Assembly: GCA_964036045.1 (NCBI GenBank)
Contig: OZ038378.1
Location: 41,168,001-41,232,000, forward strand
Reading direction: 5' to 3'
Length of the DNA: 64,000 nt
Source: Eutreptiella sp. 'Long Island Sound 2002'
Taxonomy: Eukaryota; Protista; Euglenida
Shown here: positions 49,620-62,044 of the stretch, one piece after another
How positions within the stretch are numbered: the stretch's first letter is position 1
How the letters are laid out: each line of letters begins with the position of its first letter
Position numbers and translations under genes: made by a program
Notes under the pieces: model-generated
Database searches by the model: none
What the model was told of the DNA's origin: nothing
What the model saw: only the letters and a program-made list of their open reading frames with translations

Positions 49620-50062
49620 AGCCCGACCGAGTTAGGAGGCATAAGATCGACACGGCACACGAACCATGGAGCGCGTGATTCTTTAGAGGCCTTATGCCTA
49701 CTGAAAACCCAGGGGGGGGTTGAGGGGACCAACTATGCGTGAGGGCCTCGGCTTGGAGCGTCATCCCCGGGATCCACAAACCCGGAGGTTGGTGAGGACA
49801 CGCGATGGGACCCACCCCCCGCGCCGCCCGCCAAAAGGAGGGAATGTGAGGCCTAGGTCACGCATCGGGTTACCCCTCCCGGTAGGACCCGCCGTAGGGA
49901 ACTGCTGGCGGCGATATGCCCTTCTCCCACGTGGGAGGGCCGCTTTGTGGGGCGTTTGACACCATGGTTGACACCAGGGCCGTGGGTGGGTGAGGCAAAG
50001 CCCCTTGGTAAGTCCTCCCTGGGGGCAACCCCAGTCCCGACGATACCTACCTACCTACCTCC
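49620..50062 (+). mobile_element. Probable LINE/SINE 3' end with (TACC)n tail
   Basis: GC-rich segment ending GATACCTACCTACCTACCTCC at about 50042-50062, followed by a compositional shift. Confidence 0.35.
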
Positions 50063-50099
50063 TTATTTCAATATGTTCTCGCTATTTTGTACACAGTCG

Positions 50100-52060
50100 T
50101 TAGGCTTGCCACGCTTGTGGGTACCTCCGAGTGGGTGCTAGATTTCATCAAGATCACATGCAAGATGCGCGAGGAGGAGGTATCCTGAAAATTCAAAGAC
50201 GGCTGAACAGTCATTTGATAGCCCCCCTTGTTACAATTAACCCTATCCAATGCTCTGCGAATCAACACACTGCTGCCAACAAAGACGACTGCTACCAAGG
50301 CCCTTGGAGAGTGTGTTGCGCAGCGGCACACCGCCCCCACCTATCCCATCGCTGAAGGGGATGAGGCCGAACTCTTATGGACTTGTCTGGGACTGCAAGG
50401 CGGTACCCTGGATGATGGATGTCCGCACTTCCAGATGCAGCAGGGCTTGCCCCTGCAGCATTACACCATGGTGTACAGCATGCGGTCGAACCGGCAATAG
50501 ACACGTGAATGCACGGGGCTTGGCCAGGCAATCACTGAGCAAACATAACCAAGGTCAGCCGTGGAGCCTCTTGTTCTGTCGGCACCGAAGGCACCCTGCC
50601 ATGCGACCCTCAGGGAAGCAACGGCGGGACTCAGTGCTCTCCAGCCCAAGGCCAATGCTCCTAAGTATGCACTCTCTCTGTGCTATTCTTGCACCCAGAA
50701 GTTCTTTACGGTTCCTTTGGATCCCCAGTACCATTTGTGTTGCATGAATCACATTGGCAGAGCATCAATGCAAAAGTCGCTTCGCCTGTGTTCTGTTTGC
50801 TTGCATCAGTGGAAGGTACCACAGTTTGCCTTGAAATACCCTTGCGACCCCCCCCCCCCCCTCTCCAGGAGACTGTCACGTGCTACGGGGGGAGATTGCA
50901 AGAAGGGGTACTGTGAAGGATTCAGCATTTCGGACACTGTTTGCCCCAAAAGCCGTATGTGACCAATGCTGCAGTGTCACAGGGATTTGCTTTGTTTCTG
51001 ATTGGCACTGGACCGGCCCCATAAGAAGAGTCAACTTTGCCTATCTCAACCATCAGCGGCGTGTGCTGATGTGCCTTCGATGCTCGGAGTGCTCTTTCCA
51101 ATGGTTCATTGCCTACAAGGTGCTGAATATTGGTAATCAAACCCACAATGACAGTAAGACAGAAGCAAGCAACTTATGCTGATTCTATCTTCTGGTCCTT
51201 ATCCTGATCGTGTCCGCATACAGGTGGCCTATGGTACACAAATCGCTGAGGACTTTGCGGAATTCACCGCCAACTATGAGCCCTGTGACACCTGAGCCGG
51301 GTTGTATTTGGCTCAGCCCCACATGGGCATATATATAGAATGCTGCTGTTGTAGGGGACAGCCATTTGTGGGATCATCATAGAATCGGATAGCTGTGAAC
51401 GTTGATTCTGAGAGTTATCTCGAGTACCATACAGTGAGCAGACCACACCGGCTCATTTTGGTCTGCCCCCCCCCCCCCCCGAAAAAAAAAAAAAGAACCG
51501 AACACTGCTGTTGTGGCAGACTCTGAATCAAAATTCACACATGCTTGTTACCCGTAGCAAGCAGCCTGAGCGCCATCCCGATCAGCCTTGTCCAGCTCTG
51601 CTTCTTGGATGATTAACACGTCGATGACTGACCTTTTGTGGCGGGACCGTCATTGGCAACAGCGGCCTCATCAACTGTGTCAACCATGCCCTCGAAAGAA
51701 ATGTTGTATGCAAGAAACACACTTGTGGTCAATTACAAACCCACCGTACATCCTTTTGTGCTTCCTGTGCACACTCGGAAGCCTGCGGGCGTGGTTTCCT
51801 GCTGCAGAATCTGATATCAAACGCATCTCACCCTCACCACGTGTCTGATACACTGCCACATTCATTTGTGGGATCATCATAGAACTGGACAGCTCTGAAC
51901 CTGGAACCCATTAGTTATCTCGGGTACTATACAGTGAGCAGGCTGCGCCAGCTCATCTTGGTCTGCCCCCCGGAAGAAAGTTGCAAATTCACTGTGCATC
52001 CGGCATGTCCAGCATGATCCAACATGGTGCTCCTTGCACGAACACCCCACTTTATTGTTG
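50100..52060. mobile_element. Family E decayed element copy (homologous to about 55890-57330)
   Basis: Shares CCAAGGTCAGC...GAGCCTCTTGT (about 50550 and 56200) and the 105-bp repeat (51367 and 51867, exactly 500 bp apart; 57134). Cys-rich decayed frames. Confidence 0.5.
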
Positions 52061-52249
52061 AACGTGCCCGGTGGGCATCACCGCGAACAATCGCAACGAA
52101 AGCCCTTTGGGCAAGCCCCAGCAGGGAACGTCCAGGAGACCCCATCTGTACTCAGAGAATGGGGGTTAGAAACCTGCACTGTGCTCTTCCTACTCCTGCC
52201 GTGTTGCCCCTAGTTGCCCCAGTACCCCCCCCCCCTTTGTCCTAGCTAT

Positions 52250-52560
52250 GCCCTCGTCCAAGCTATAGTAGGCATAGGGACCGTATTAATTTGGGACCTA
52301 ATTTAATTCGGTACCAAATGTAGTGCAGCCACATAAGACATGGGTTTAGTGACGAATTTGCCAGATACATAGCGTCATGGACACATTTGTTGTAAGTGTC
52401 TGCCCATTTGAACCCACATAGCTCTGATTTTGGGGATATTTGTGTACCATATCCCCCTTTCTGGCACCAGGTCAACATGCAATCTTCTCTTTTTGAACCT
52501 GGGTGTCTACGGCCTTGTCCAAGCTACAGTAGGCGTAGGGACCGTATTAATTTGGGACTT
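52250..52560. repeat. Two direct copies of a ~50-bp motif
   Basis: GTCCAAGCTA(T/C)AGTAGGC(A/G)TAGGGACCGTATTAATTTGGGAC at about 52256 and 52517. TA-CAGT start is reminiscent of pogo/Tc1 ends. Confidence 0.75.
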
Positions 52561-54735
52561 TTGCGTAGCTAGGACAAGGGGAGGTGGGTAGTTGCGCTGA
52601 GAGAGGGCAGGGGGCTTATCTACACCATTGGACTGCCAAGCGCACGCACCAGCAAATGCTCAATGGCGCAACGTGTCGTTGGTAAAAAAAAACCAGCTTG
52701 CAGCCCCTCTCTTTTGGCTGATGCAGACACGCCTGCTCTAGAACCAATTCTGAGAAGAAGAAAAAATTGGGAGCAGCCAAATGGTCCAGCTTTATAGGTC
52801 AAGGGGGTTCAAACTGGGAATGGTTGGCAATGAATTGCTTGTGGGTCATGTTGCATTAGGGTTTGCCTTCGTATAGGCCCCAGGTCCTAAAGATTCATTG
52901 TGATGCCAGGGGCAGGGGGATGGGGATTTAAGTTTGTTGGGGGTGAGGAGCAGCTTTCTCTTGGGGCTGGGCCTCTTGGGAACGCTTTCTCTTGTGGCTG
53001 TTGCAAGGGTGGGAGGATTAAACATGTGTGACGGGGTGGCGGGTATGTCTTCTTGTGCTGTGCCACAACTACAGCTGTGTGCGTTCCAACTACACGGATC
53101 TGGGTGTAGGGTTTGACCCCTGTCAGTTATTTCTATCCTCTATGGTTCGTGCCTCCACTGCACGTGGTGCCTGAGGCAGGACACTTTTTAGCGGACGGGA
53201 TTTTTTTTTATTTACAAAACATGGTGCCCCTTCCGTGTCCTTACCCCCCCCTCCCCACCTGGGGGGGAACAGTCACTTGGCCCAAAAAGCATAGAAAATA
53301 CTAGGCGGCAAAGGCGCCAAAGAAAAATTTTATACAAGGCGGCGAACGCGCCGAAGCTGATTTGCACTGTGATGCTATGGTACAGTTTTGTGGTGCACTC
53401 CCCCCTGGCCCCCCCAGCATACCGGGCACTGATCAGGCCGTCAGGGGAGGACGCCATGGGCAGAAGTTGCATTCTGGATTCCCACCCAGGAAGGTGGATG
53501 CCCGCGGCAGTGCGGATGCCCGCAGTAGTACGGATGCCTGCTTGTCATAGCAGAAGGTTCAAAGGCGAGAGGCCAATAGGCGCCGCCACAGGCTAACAGA
53601 GCCAACCACCAAGGCCTTGTGCCAACCCCCTCCCCCCCAATTGCGGCCCCCCAGGGGGGGAACCGTCACGAGATTGGTGGGGAGATTGCAAGGGATAGGG
53701 TCCCTCCAACCGCCATCGGTTACTCTCCAATTGCCGCCGGTTATCCTCCAACCGCCATCAGCCACCTGCTCTGCAACCTCTGTCTAATTGTGCGCCTAAA
53801 TGATGAGCCTGGAGGGCCCGATGTTTTTTTCAATCAAAACATGTCCTGGCCTGACGTCTTGGCCAGCCTGTTCCTGTTCCTTTTAGGCCCAGCCCAATGA
53901 TTTGACCATGATGAATGCTTTTTAGTGGCGGGTCCCCCCCCCCCCCCCCAGAACCCCAGAACCCGGAGCCCACAGCCCTGACCCCAGTCAGGGAGGTAGG
54001 GACCTGGACCTGTTTGGACCACGAACAAGGCCATTGGCCGGAAGAACACATGATGAACTGAGAGAGCAATGAAGGCTGTGGGGCAGGCGCAGCTGGAGCG
54101 ACAGTGGCGGGTCCACACCTGACCAATTGTGGCCCTTTCCACTGACACCCTCCCCCAGCGCACATTGGGTGGTGCCCACAGAGCCTATTGCCCCCGGGCA
54201 AAGGTACTCGGCAGCAGAACATGGACCAGCATATGCGGTTAGCTGCAAGTGGGTGGCACAGATTGCCCCGCCATGCTCTCGTACCCAAACAGGGTAAAGG
54301 GCAGGGAACCGCGACCCGTAACCCACACTGAGGCCTGTCAACAGCCTCTGAACTGCCTTGGCGGACACTCAGTGGATCATCGGCTTCGAGTTACAAAAAA
54401 AGAGCAGTTTGGGCAGATTGAGCAGTGTAGAGTAGATGAGCCGGTCTACGGCTGGCGTCCAGCAGCAGGTGGGTCCTGTGTGAGGGCGTAGCATTTGTGT
54501 GCATTCTGGTTGGGGCCCACCCTGGCCCGTGTTGGTGTCCTGTGTTTGTCGCAGGATGGAGTGTGGCAGACGTCCGTCTCTCTCTCTGGGGTTGTCTGTG
54601 TGCATGTGCATGACCGAATGGCCGACAGCAGACCCATCCTGCAGACCTGCACTTGCAGCTGGGAACCCGTATGAAATTGGCTTGAGTTGGCCCTCACCGC
54701 ACCGGACAGTCACAACAAACCATCCCAGCCGCCTA

Positions 54736-55887
54736 GGGGGAATGTTAGCGCCCTGGGCATCTTTTTGGGCCCGTTTTCCACCCATGACCTGTTCTCACCA
54801 CACCAGGGCCCCCGAGACACCACAGGCCATGTAGCCACTTCTGGTTCCTTTTGTTCGACCTTCCAGTGCTCTTGAGGTTGATTGGCCCATGTTCTTCATC
54901 CCCGTATTGGAGACCCCTTGGTTTGGGGTTATGGAGCCATTTCACTTTTCCCCAATGTGGCAGGGGTAATGTAGCCATTCCTCTTTTTCCGGATCATTTG
55001 GCCTGGCCATTCATTGGCAGAAAGAATGGCACTTTGACAGCCTGGCAGCAATCCTATAATGATGTACATTGGTGGTACGGGAGGCGTATTGCGCAGCGGT
55101 CTTGTGGCATTGGAGTTTGGTTAGGAACATCTGGCATGGTGCTCCTGATGTGTTGCACCAATTGGTCCATATTTTGTTGCATGTTGCATTTTGTCCGTTA
55201 CCCCCCTTCCGGACCATGGGACCACCGTTTTTCATGCACCATCTAGCTCAGCAACACACAGGTATTGATCTTTAGTGGTTCGCCGTCCACAGGTTATATA
55301 ACAAATGCAGCTGCCACTGGCACCGCTGATTGAAACCTTGTACCTACTTGTTGTACATAGAATAGTGGAGCACCCCAACCAAGAAGGGGGCACATGCATT
55401 TGTGAGAGAACCTCTGGACTAATGGCTGAAAGTGTCTATGGCGGGGACATTCAGTCGATCAGCACCGACCATTGATCCCCCATGGGACCATGCCCTGCCT
55501 CAGGTTTGTAATACAAATAACTCAGCCGCCATGCAAGATAAGGGAGAGGATGAGGCAGAGGTGTGTGCATTGTGTTGCCAAGGGTGCTTCATGAGATTGT
55601 GGTATGTGCCACGAACATTGTTGTTTTGAATGCATTGAGTCTCACAGTTGTGGGGATAACACTATTGATTAGCAACATGACACATCACTGTTTATTAGCA
55701 ACATGATCACTGGTGTTATGTGGAGTTCGCAATTTTGCGCCTTCTGCAATGTGCTTCGTAGAGAAGGATTACAATTCATTCTACTGTGCTTGAGGGGCCT
55801 TCTCTGGGGCAGGGTAAAACTGGGGTTAAAGTCGGGGTTGTCAATACAAAAGTAGCATGCCAGGTGCGCGCCGCCAAACATTCTCCC
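54736..55887 (+). mobile_element. Older family A copy A3 with a 255-bp insertion
   Basis: Ends GGGGGAATGTTAGCG and CAAACATTCTCCC, with flanks CTA/CTC. Encodes PFIGRKNGTLTAWQQSYNDVH and VRNIWHG. Insert 55225-55479 is flanked by CCATGGGACCA. Confidence 0.82.
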
Positions 55888-58069
55888 CTCACACTGCACG
55901 ACATGACTGCAGTCCTTCAAGACCGTGGATTCATTGTGTTATTCTCCAGTAAAACCCCTTGCAGCTTTGGGGAGCAGGGTATCTGGGCAGACGCAGGCAG
56001 ATTTGGCTCTCCATTGGGGCAGTCTGGGCTGGACATTTGGATGCTGCCAACGCGGCAAAGTCTTGCAATACCCGGCATGCTAAGCGGCAGGCACCAGGGA
56101 AGCAGAGTCCCTGACCACAGCAGCATGGCTCGCAGCATGTCTTCCTCCTCCACTGCAGCTTGCATGTGACAAAACATAACAAGGCAGTGGCGGAGCTGAC
56201 CCAAGGTCAGCGGGGCAGAGCCTCTTGTCCAGATTGATGACCTGTGGCGCCAGCCTACTCACAGCTCTTCAGGCTTATCGGATCGGATCATACCAGATCG
56301 GATCATATTGTATGGTATTGCTGCCAGATTCGGTTTATCCTCACTGCACATTACATCCACTATCCTCAGTGTCTATGGAACATGCTCCTCAAGACCGTGC
56401 CCTTCCATGCCTGTTGGCTCCAGATGCGAGGGGCAGCTGCAACCCTGTGAGGTCTGCAGGGGGCTTGGGCATGAGGGAGATCATCTGGATCAGGGTCCTG
56501 GCCATCCCTGGCAGCATTTGGAATTCCATCGCCAACCAATTATCGTTTGGCCAATGTGGGTCACTGCTTCGCTGAGCAGCCTGTGGAGCAGCTTGTAGTT
56601 TGTAGATTTAGAGGTTTTTTCATTTGAGATTTGGTGGGCACAGTCCTGGAATATGGCACGATTGTATTGGATGACCTCAGTGTGCTCACCCAAAAATAAA
56701 TTCTGGCGTGCAAGAGCCTTTCCCCCCCGCCTGGCCCCGTAGATGCAGGCGCAGTCACGTGCAAAGCAAGAATTATAGATTCATCGATTTTTTCAAGTTG
56801 CGTTTTGGAGGTTCCATGCCTCCCGATGCTTAACAAGGTGGTCTGTGTGTGTCTGCACTCAGATGGGATTCTTGACGGTTTTCAGCTGGACCAGTACGGA
56901 TCAGCAGAGGACACATGACCCTTGACGTGCTGTTGTTGTGCCATTTTGGAACCTTTCCACTCAAGCGACCTGCACTCGCAGCTAAAACACTATGATCACA
57001 GGTGAGGTATCCAAAAGAAACTCAGATGGTCTACTAAGATGGTCTACGGGCGTGGCAGTCTCCCACTGCATATATAACCTGGTTTCAGACTCAGCTAATC
57101 TTCACTACATGTCAGATCCGCTACCGCAGCCACTGTGGGATCATCGTAGCACTGGACAGCTCTGAACCTTGATTCTGAGAGGTTATCTCGAGTACTGTAA
57201 AGTGAGCAGGCTACGCCAGCTCATCTTGGTCTGAACCCCGCCAAAAAAGAGACTCAGATGGTCCAGCAAGTCTATGCAGCATGAATTCCTGGTGTTGTGT
57301 CTGCCTCGGATAGATGGACGTGATGTGAAGCAGGACATCTTGCGCGTTATAACTGGACACGGCACTGAACCTCCAACGCCACGTCCAGGCACCACACAAT
57401 GCCATACCCCTCCCCCTCGCAAAACACTTTATTCCTTCGTGTACCAAGGCAATTGTTAAGTAAGCAAAGGGTCCACATTTCTGTCGTGCATGCTGTGCTT
57501 GGGACCTTCTTGGTACAGGAAAGAGAATTAAGTTTAATTAAGGTTGGAGGGAATTGTCCTCTGGTAGGTTCGGCAGCCAGCTGAACCGCTGCATGGTGCT
57601 TCAGCCGACTGGCCAGCCTGCCAAACCTCCAAGCAGTGTTTCGCCTGGCCCAGGCTGAAGCTGGCCATCACCGGAATGCACTCTTCCACGGTCTAAAACT
57701 CCATCCCCCTGCCCCAATTCCCATGTTTTCTGCACGTTTCATTGCTCACCCTGACCCTCTTCCAATAGTCTCGGGGCTTGATGCGGGATGGGCCACCTCA
57801 GATCGGCTTGCAAGAGCTTGGTCACATAAAGCCATCCCCAGTCCTCCCTTGATGCCCCCTACATCACCACCCCATTCTATCCTCGATTGCTCTAACTCTT
57901 ACTGAAATTCCCGCACTCACCCAAAATTGCCCTACTACTATACTAGCACAAGAGGGAAAACATATGCCCCTCGACCCAACACTATCCATGAGTAGACTGA
58001 CACTGGCACAAGCCTTAGCCCATGTCCAACCAGGGAGTAACCAACTTGTGACCGTCCTTCTTTGGGGGG

Positions 58070-58350
58070 GGGGGCTAGCGTAGTGTGCGCGCAGTGCAAG
58101 CGCAGCGCAACCATTTAGCGCAACCATTTGGGCGTGTGGCTGTACTAGAGACCCATACTTTGTCAAACTAGGGGCGTCATTGTTGTTTGAGAGTAGGTTT
58201 TGATGCTTCTTCCACATTGGGGATATGGCATTTTTGTATTTTCACCTAGTTTCACCTATTTCCCACTTTTTTTTGCTCATTTCCACCACATCCACTCTTT
58301 TCTAGGTTGATTTCTCCCCACCATGGGACCTCGAGAACGCAGAGGTGATG
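58070..58350 (+). mobile_element. Family B left-end fragment
   Basis: G-run followed by GCGCGCAGTGCAA...CTGTACTAGAGACCCATACTTTG, and CTCCCCACCATGGGACC.CGAGAA.GCAG.GGTGATGTG shared with families B and C. Confidence 0.7.
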
Positions 58351-59905
58351 TGTCCAGATTGTTTTCTCCCCATCATACGGACCCCGAGCAACCACAACTG
58401 ATGTCGGACCTGAGGATCATGATCAAGACCAAGGGACAATCCAACCAGGCCGGTGGTGAGCCAAACAAAATGAACCATCAAACAAACCAAACCAAACAAC
58501 AGCAGGCACGTGCTGACCTAGCCCCCATGGATGCCTGGTAGAGCACACTATCACAAAGCTCAACCACTTGGCCCCCATTGTCGGGCCTTTGTGGAACAAT
58601 TATCCCCTTCCCACAACTCTTGACAGAGCCCCCTCTCCACCCCAACCTAGGTGTCCTCCTTAGGGGAGCGCCTCTTTGCAGGTGCTTAAGGGACTGATGC
58701 AACAACGGCTTCAAACAAGAGGCTGGTTGAGACCAAGGTTTGGTCTTAGAGATTGGAATCTGCAGCCTATTCTGCTCTCAAAAGACATCACAGCGCACAA
58801 ATTGGCACCTCCATGTAGGGTTGAGAACCCACCGGCATAGGTGGAAGGATTTATTTTGTTTTTTACCACAACTCGGTTTCCTATTAGTGTATTGGGGGGG
58901 TCATTGCCATGTTTGCGCTGGGTTGATTCTTTGCCATTTATCCAAGGGGTGACACTCACCCCATGTGGGGCACATTGGCCCCACCACTTGATGTCCTCTC
59001 CCTCTAAAACAGCATGGATCACGGATTTCATCCGGTCTATGGGATTCTTGGGCACAACAAGGGAGTTATTGGACATGGCTGCCTGTTGTTGTGTGATGGA
59101 CACCCTACGATTGGACACGGTAGTCAAGAAGTTCATTTGGAACGAGCCGCCCCCTCCACAGGGTGTTGCAAGCGACAGTGGTGTGTTGGAGCTGTTGCTT
59201 ACGCAAATGAAGTCGCACGGGCCGGCCCTCGAGGCTATGACCAAGAAACTGGCGCCGACTTAGCAAGCCAAGAATGGGGAGACATGATGGTGCCAAAGTC
59301 TTGCTAGGCTGAGTACGGATAGGTACTCAGAGCACCCGTGCCCCCCAAGGACGAACGCCCCTTTGAGCATGGAGGTGGTTCAAGCGAAAGGCACGCGGCG
59401 CTGGCGTGGCGGTGGCGGCGGTGGTGGGTGCGGTGATGAAGGTCCTGGGCGGCCGGCCGGGCCTCCATCGATTTACAATTTTAGCGTGACCCGTCCCCAA
59501 AGCAAGTAACCCTACCAACGGTGGCCCCCATGGCATGCACCATGGGTTCCCCAAACATCCTGATTTTTTTTTATTTGCTATGCTTGTTCGGGTAGTGTTC
59601 CAACCAAACGTTGTAAATGTGTTGCCATGGCGTTGAGGTGTAACCTTTTTTCAAGGCAACATTTTTCCTGTGAAACCCCAAATATGAATGTACGTATGGC
59701 CTCCCCGCTGGGCACGCTCATGGATTGCTTGGGCGCGATCCATAAGAGAGCAAGCGTGTACCCCATCCCCTTCGTGTTACTCATGTTTGCCAAGGGAAGG
59801 AGCATACATGAAACACACTCGGCACACGCGACACCGTGCTCTCCGGGTGGGAAGCCAGGTCCACCTCCCAAGGAGGCGATGGGACCACCCCTGCATTCGG
59901 TCTTA

Positions 59906-60433
59906 GGGGGAGACTTAAGCGCAGTGCGCGCGCAGTGCAACTATTTGGGCGCCTGGCCGTACTAGAGACCCATACTTTGAGATACTAGGGGCCGCTAGGG
60001 GCATCATGGTGACCCCTAGCGTCCGTTTTGACTTCTTATTTTGTCCCCCTTTGTTGTTGACCCCCGAGAATGCAGGGGTGGTAGACTTGAATGAAGTTCA
60101 GGTGGAATTGTTCGCGACTAAGGTGTAGCATATGATGCACCTCTACTGTTCGCGATACCTCAATAACGCTATCGCTTCCACTAGAGATCGATAGGGTTGT
60201 GCTATGCTAGCTCCCTTATCCCAACTTGCTAAGTTGTTGACCACGATCGCCCTTAAAGGAGCGAGAGTGGTACCGTCTACCCCAGTTTGCAACTTTCTTG
60301 AGCTGGGGCAGTTTGGGTCACCTAATTCTAAGGGTGTTTCCAAGGGATGTGCTTGGGGGCTCTTCGGAGGGAACATAGTCTAAAAGTAGCGCGCAGTGCG
60401 CGTGCAGTGCGCACGCAGTGCAAAGATTCCCCC
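59906..60433 (+). mobile_element. Family B element (528 bp) with captured methylase fragment
   Basis: Left end GGGGGAGACTTAAGCGCAGTGCGCGCGCAGTGC. Right end AAAAGTAGCGCGCAGTGC...GCAAAGATTCCCCC. TSD TTA/TTG. Confidence 0.8.
60084..60290 (+). pseudogene. Fragment of DIRS-type N6-adenine methyltransferase-like domain
   Basis: VELFATKV.HMMHLYCSRYLNNA(fs)YRFH*RSIGLCYAS(fs)PLSQLAKLLTTIALKGARVV follows the DLFA...YxS...W...YAxPP...KVLxKI...ARV pattern. The NPP motif is decayed. Confidence 0.6.
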
Positions 60434-61366
60434 TTGGGCAAGTGATACAAGCTAGTCGTTGGAAGGAGACCACAAAGGGGCTCAAAAAGCAGTTGCTGAG
60501 TTGACGGCAATGTAGCATACCGGACACACACAACATATACACTCCATGGATCACAGATTCGAACCTCCTCGGTCGGCCTGCCACGGAGCCGTCGCTTTTG
60601 TCTTTTTGTGATTAAAGCTGGGGAGTGCACCCTAGAGTGCAAGCTTCATGGCTAACCGGCGCCTATAGGAGGGAGAAGAGCTTACCAGGGCAGCCCATGG
60701 AACATTCGATAGCCGTCTTGTGCAGCGACCTCAAGGCAACATGCTGCAGTGATATGGTTTGTGGTGCAGTGTAGCAGGGCAAAATAATGTACTCTGAGTT
60801 GTGGCTATGGCCATATGCCTTTGTCATGGGGTCATGTGTGAGCGCAGTATTAGTTGCTCATGGCCCTAGGCACGCAAACAAGATATTGTCCTTCCATTTT
60901 ACAACGGGCCAGGTAAGGGGTCAAAAGGACCTTGAATTTTTATTATTATGGCCACAACCACAATCGTCTGCAGGAGTGGGACTCTGCAATGCCACCAAAA
61001 CTCAAAATCCGGTGAAAGACGATGGCACAGGGGTCACCGGATAGAGAGCGCGACTAGGCTTCCATCAATGCCGTCAATCATACCCACTTACATGATCCTA
61101 AACACGGGCAACGTGGAATGGAACCTCAAAAGTCTAAGGCAGAACTGCATGTTGTGCTCACCCTTGCTATCTGCATGCCGCCCTAGGCCCTAAGTGCTGA
61201 TTGTGTGGGAGGCGGGTGTACGACCAAGCGGAAAAGCATTAGACCAAAGGAAACAACATGTGAGAGTAAGGTCAATGGGCAACGCACAGGGGCGGAGCGT
61301 ACCTCAAGGGTGCAAACCGCACGATGGGGAGAGAGTGCGAATGTTTGGGGCGGAGAGCGCCAGTGC

Positions 61367-61417
61367 TGGTTGCGCGACTTTACACAAGATGGAGATGTGG
61401 AATTCAACCCTGGTCCC
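61367..61417 (+). other. 2A/StopGo-like ribosomal skipping peptide
   Basis: WLRDFTQDGDVEFNPGP contains the full D(V/I)ExNPGP consensus (61394-61417) in ORF 61205..61459. Confidence 0.85.
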
Positions 61418-62044
61418 CACAACTCGATACCGACACACCCGCTTGCGGGTTTAGCCTAGATTGTGCTCACCCTCATGAAAGGGTTGCTTGGCCAAAGCGC
61501 ATTCCAAGATGAAGCAAACAAGCCACCTGAAGAAACAGACAAACCATTGCCTCCAGCGCCGGCCAATGAAGTACCATACTACAGCAGCTCGGCAAATCCA
61601 CATTCCAGAACTGGCAATCATACATTCACGGATGTGGTATTCACCAAGATGGAAAAGCATACCAGAATATGGCAACGGTGATGGCGTGCACGGAGCTGTA
61701 CTGGGACATCCTTGCGACACGGCCATGAAATGTGGATTTCTCAGATAGTCTCAGCACGCCAATACTACTCTTCCTTGATCATTTTGCACACTTTGGGCCG
61801 CTGACCGTGGATCCACTATGTTGCTTGCAGCCAGGGGAAATGGCCATGTGGACTATGTACCTGTGGCTCATTGGGTGGCTTAGTGGCAATGTGAAGTTGG
61901 GGCTCATTTGGGGCTCACCCATGCATTACAGTGTCTTTGTGCTTGTTTGTTGTGCTTTTTGCATTCTTGGTAATGTGCTTTTAACGTTTTTAGAAGAATT
62001 ACACCCTCACTTGGTCAATGTTGAAGGGGGGGGGGTTTCGACGG

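Noticed and set aside
58711-59307. Overlapping 100-180-aa ORFs
   Set aside because: No motif recognised on either strand, so no product can be assigned.
60540-60620. Minus-strand tRNA (B-box GGTTCGAATC)
   Set aside because: No A-box or cloverleaf; an isolated B-box only.
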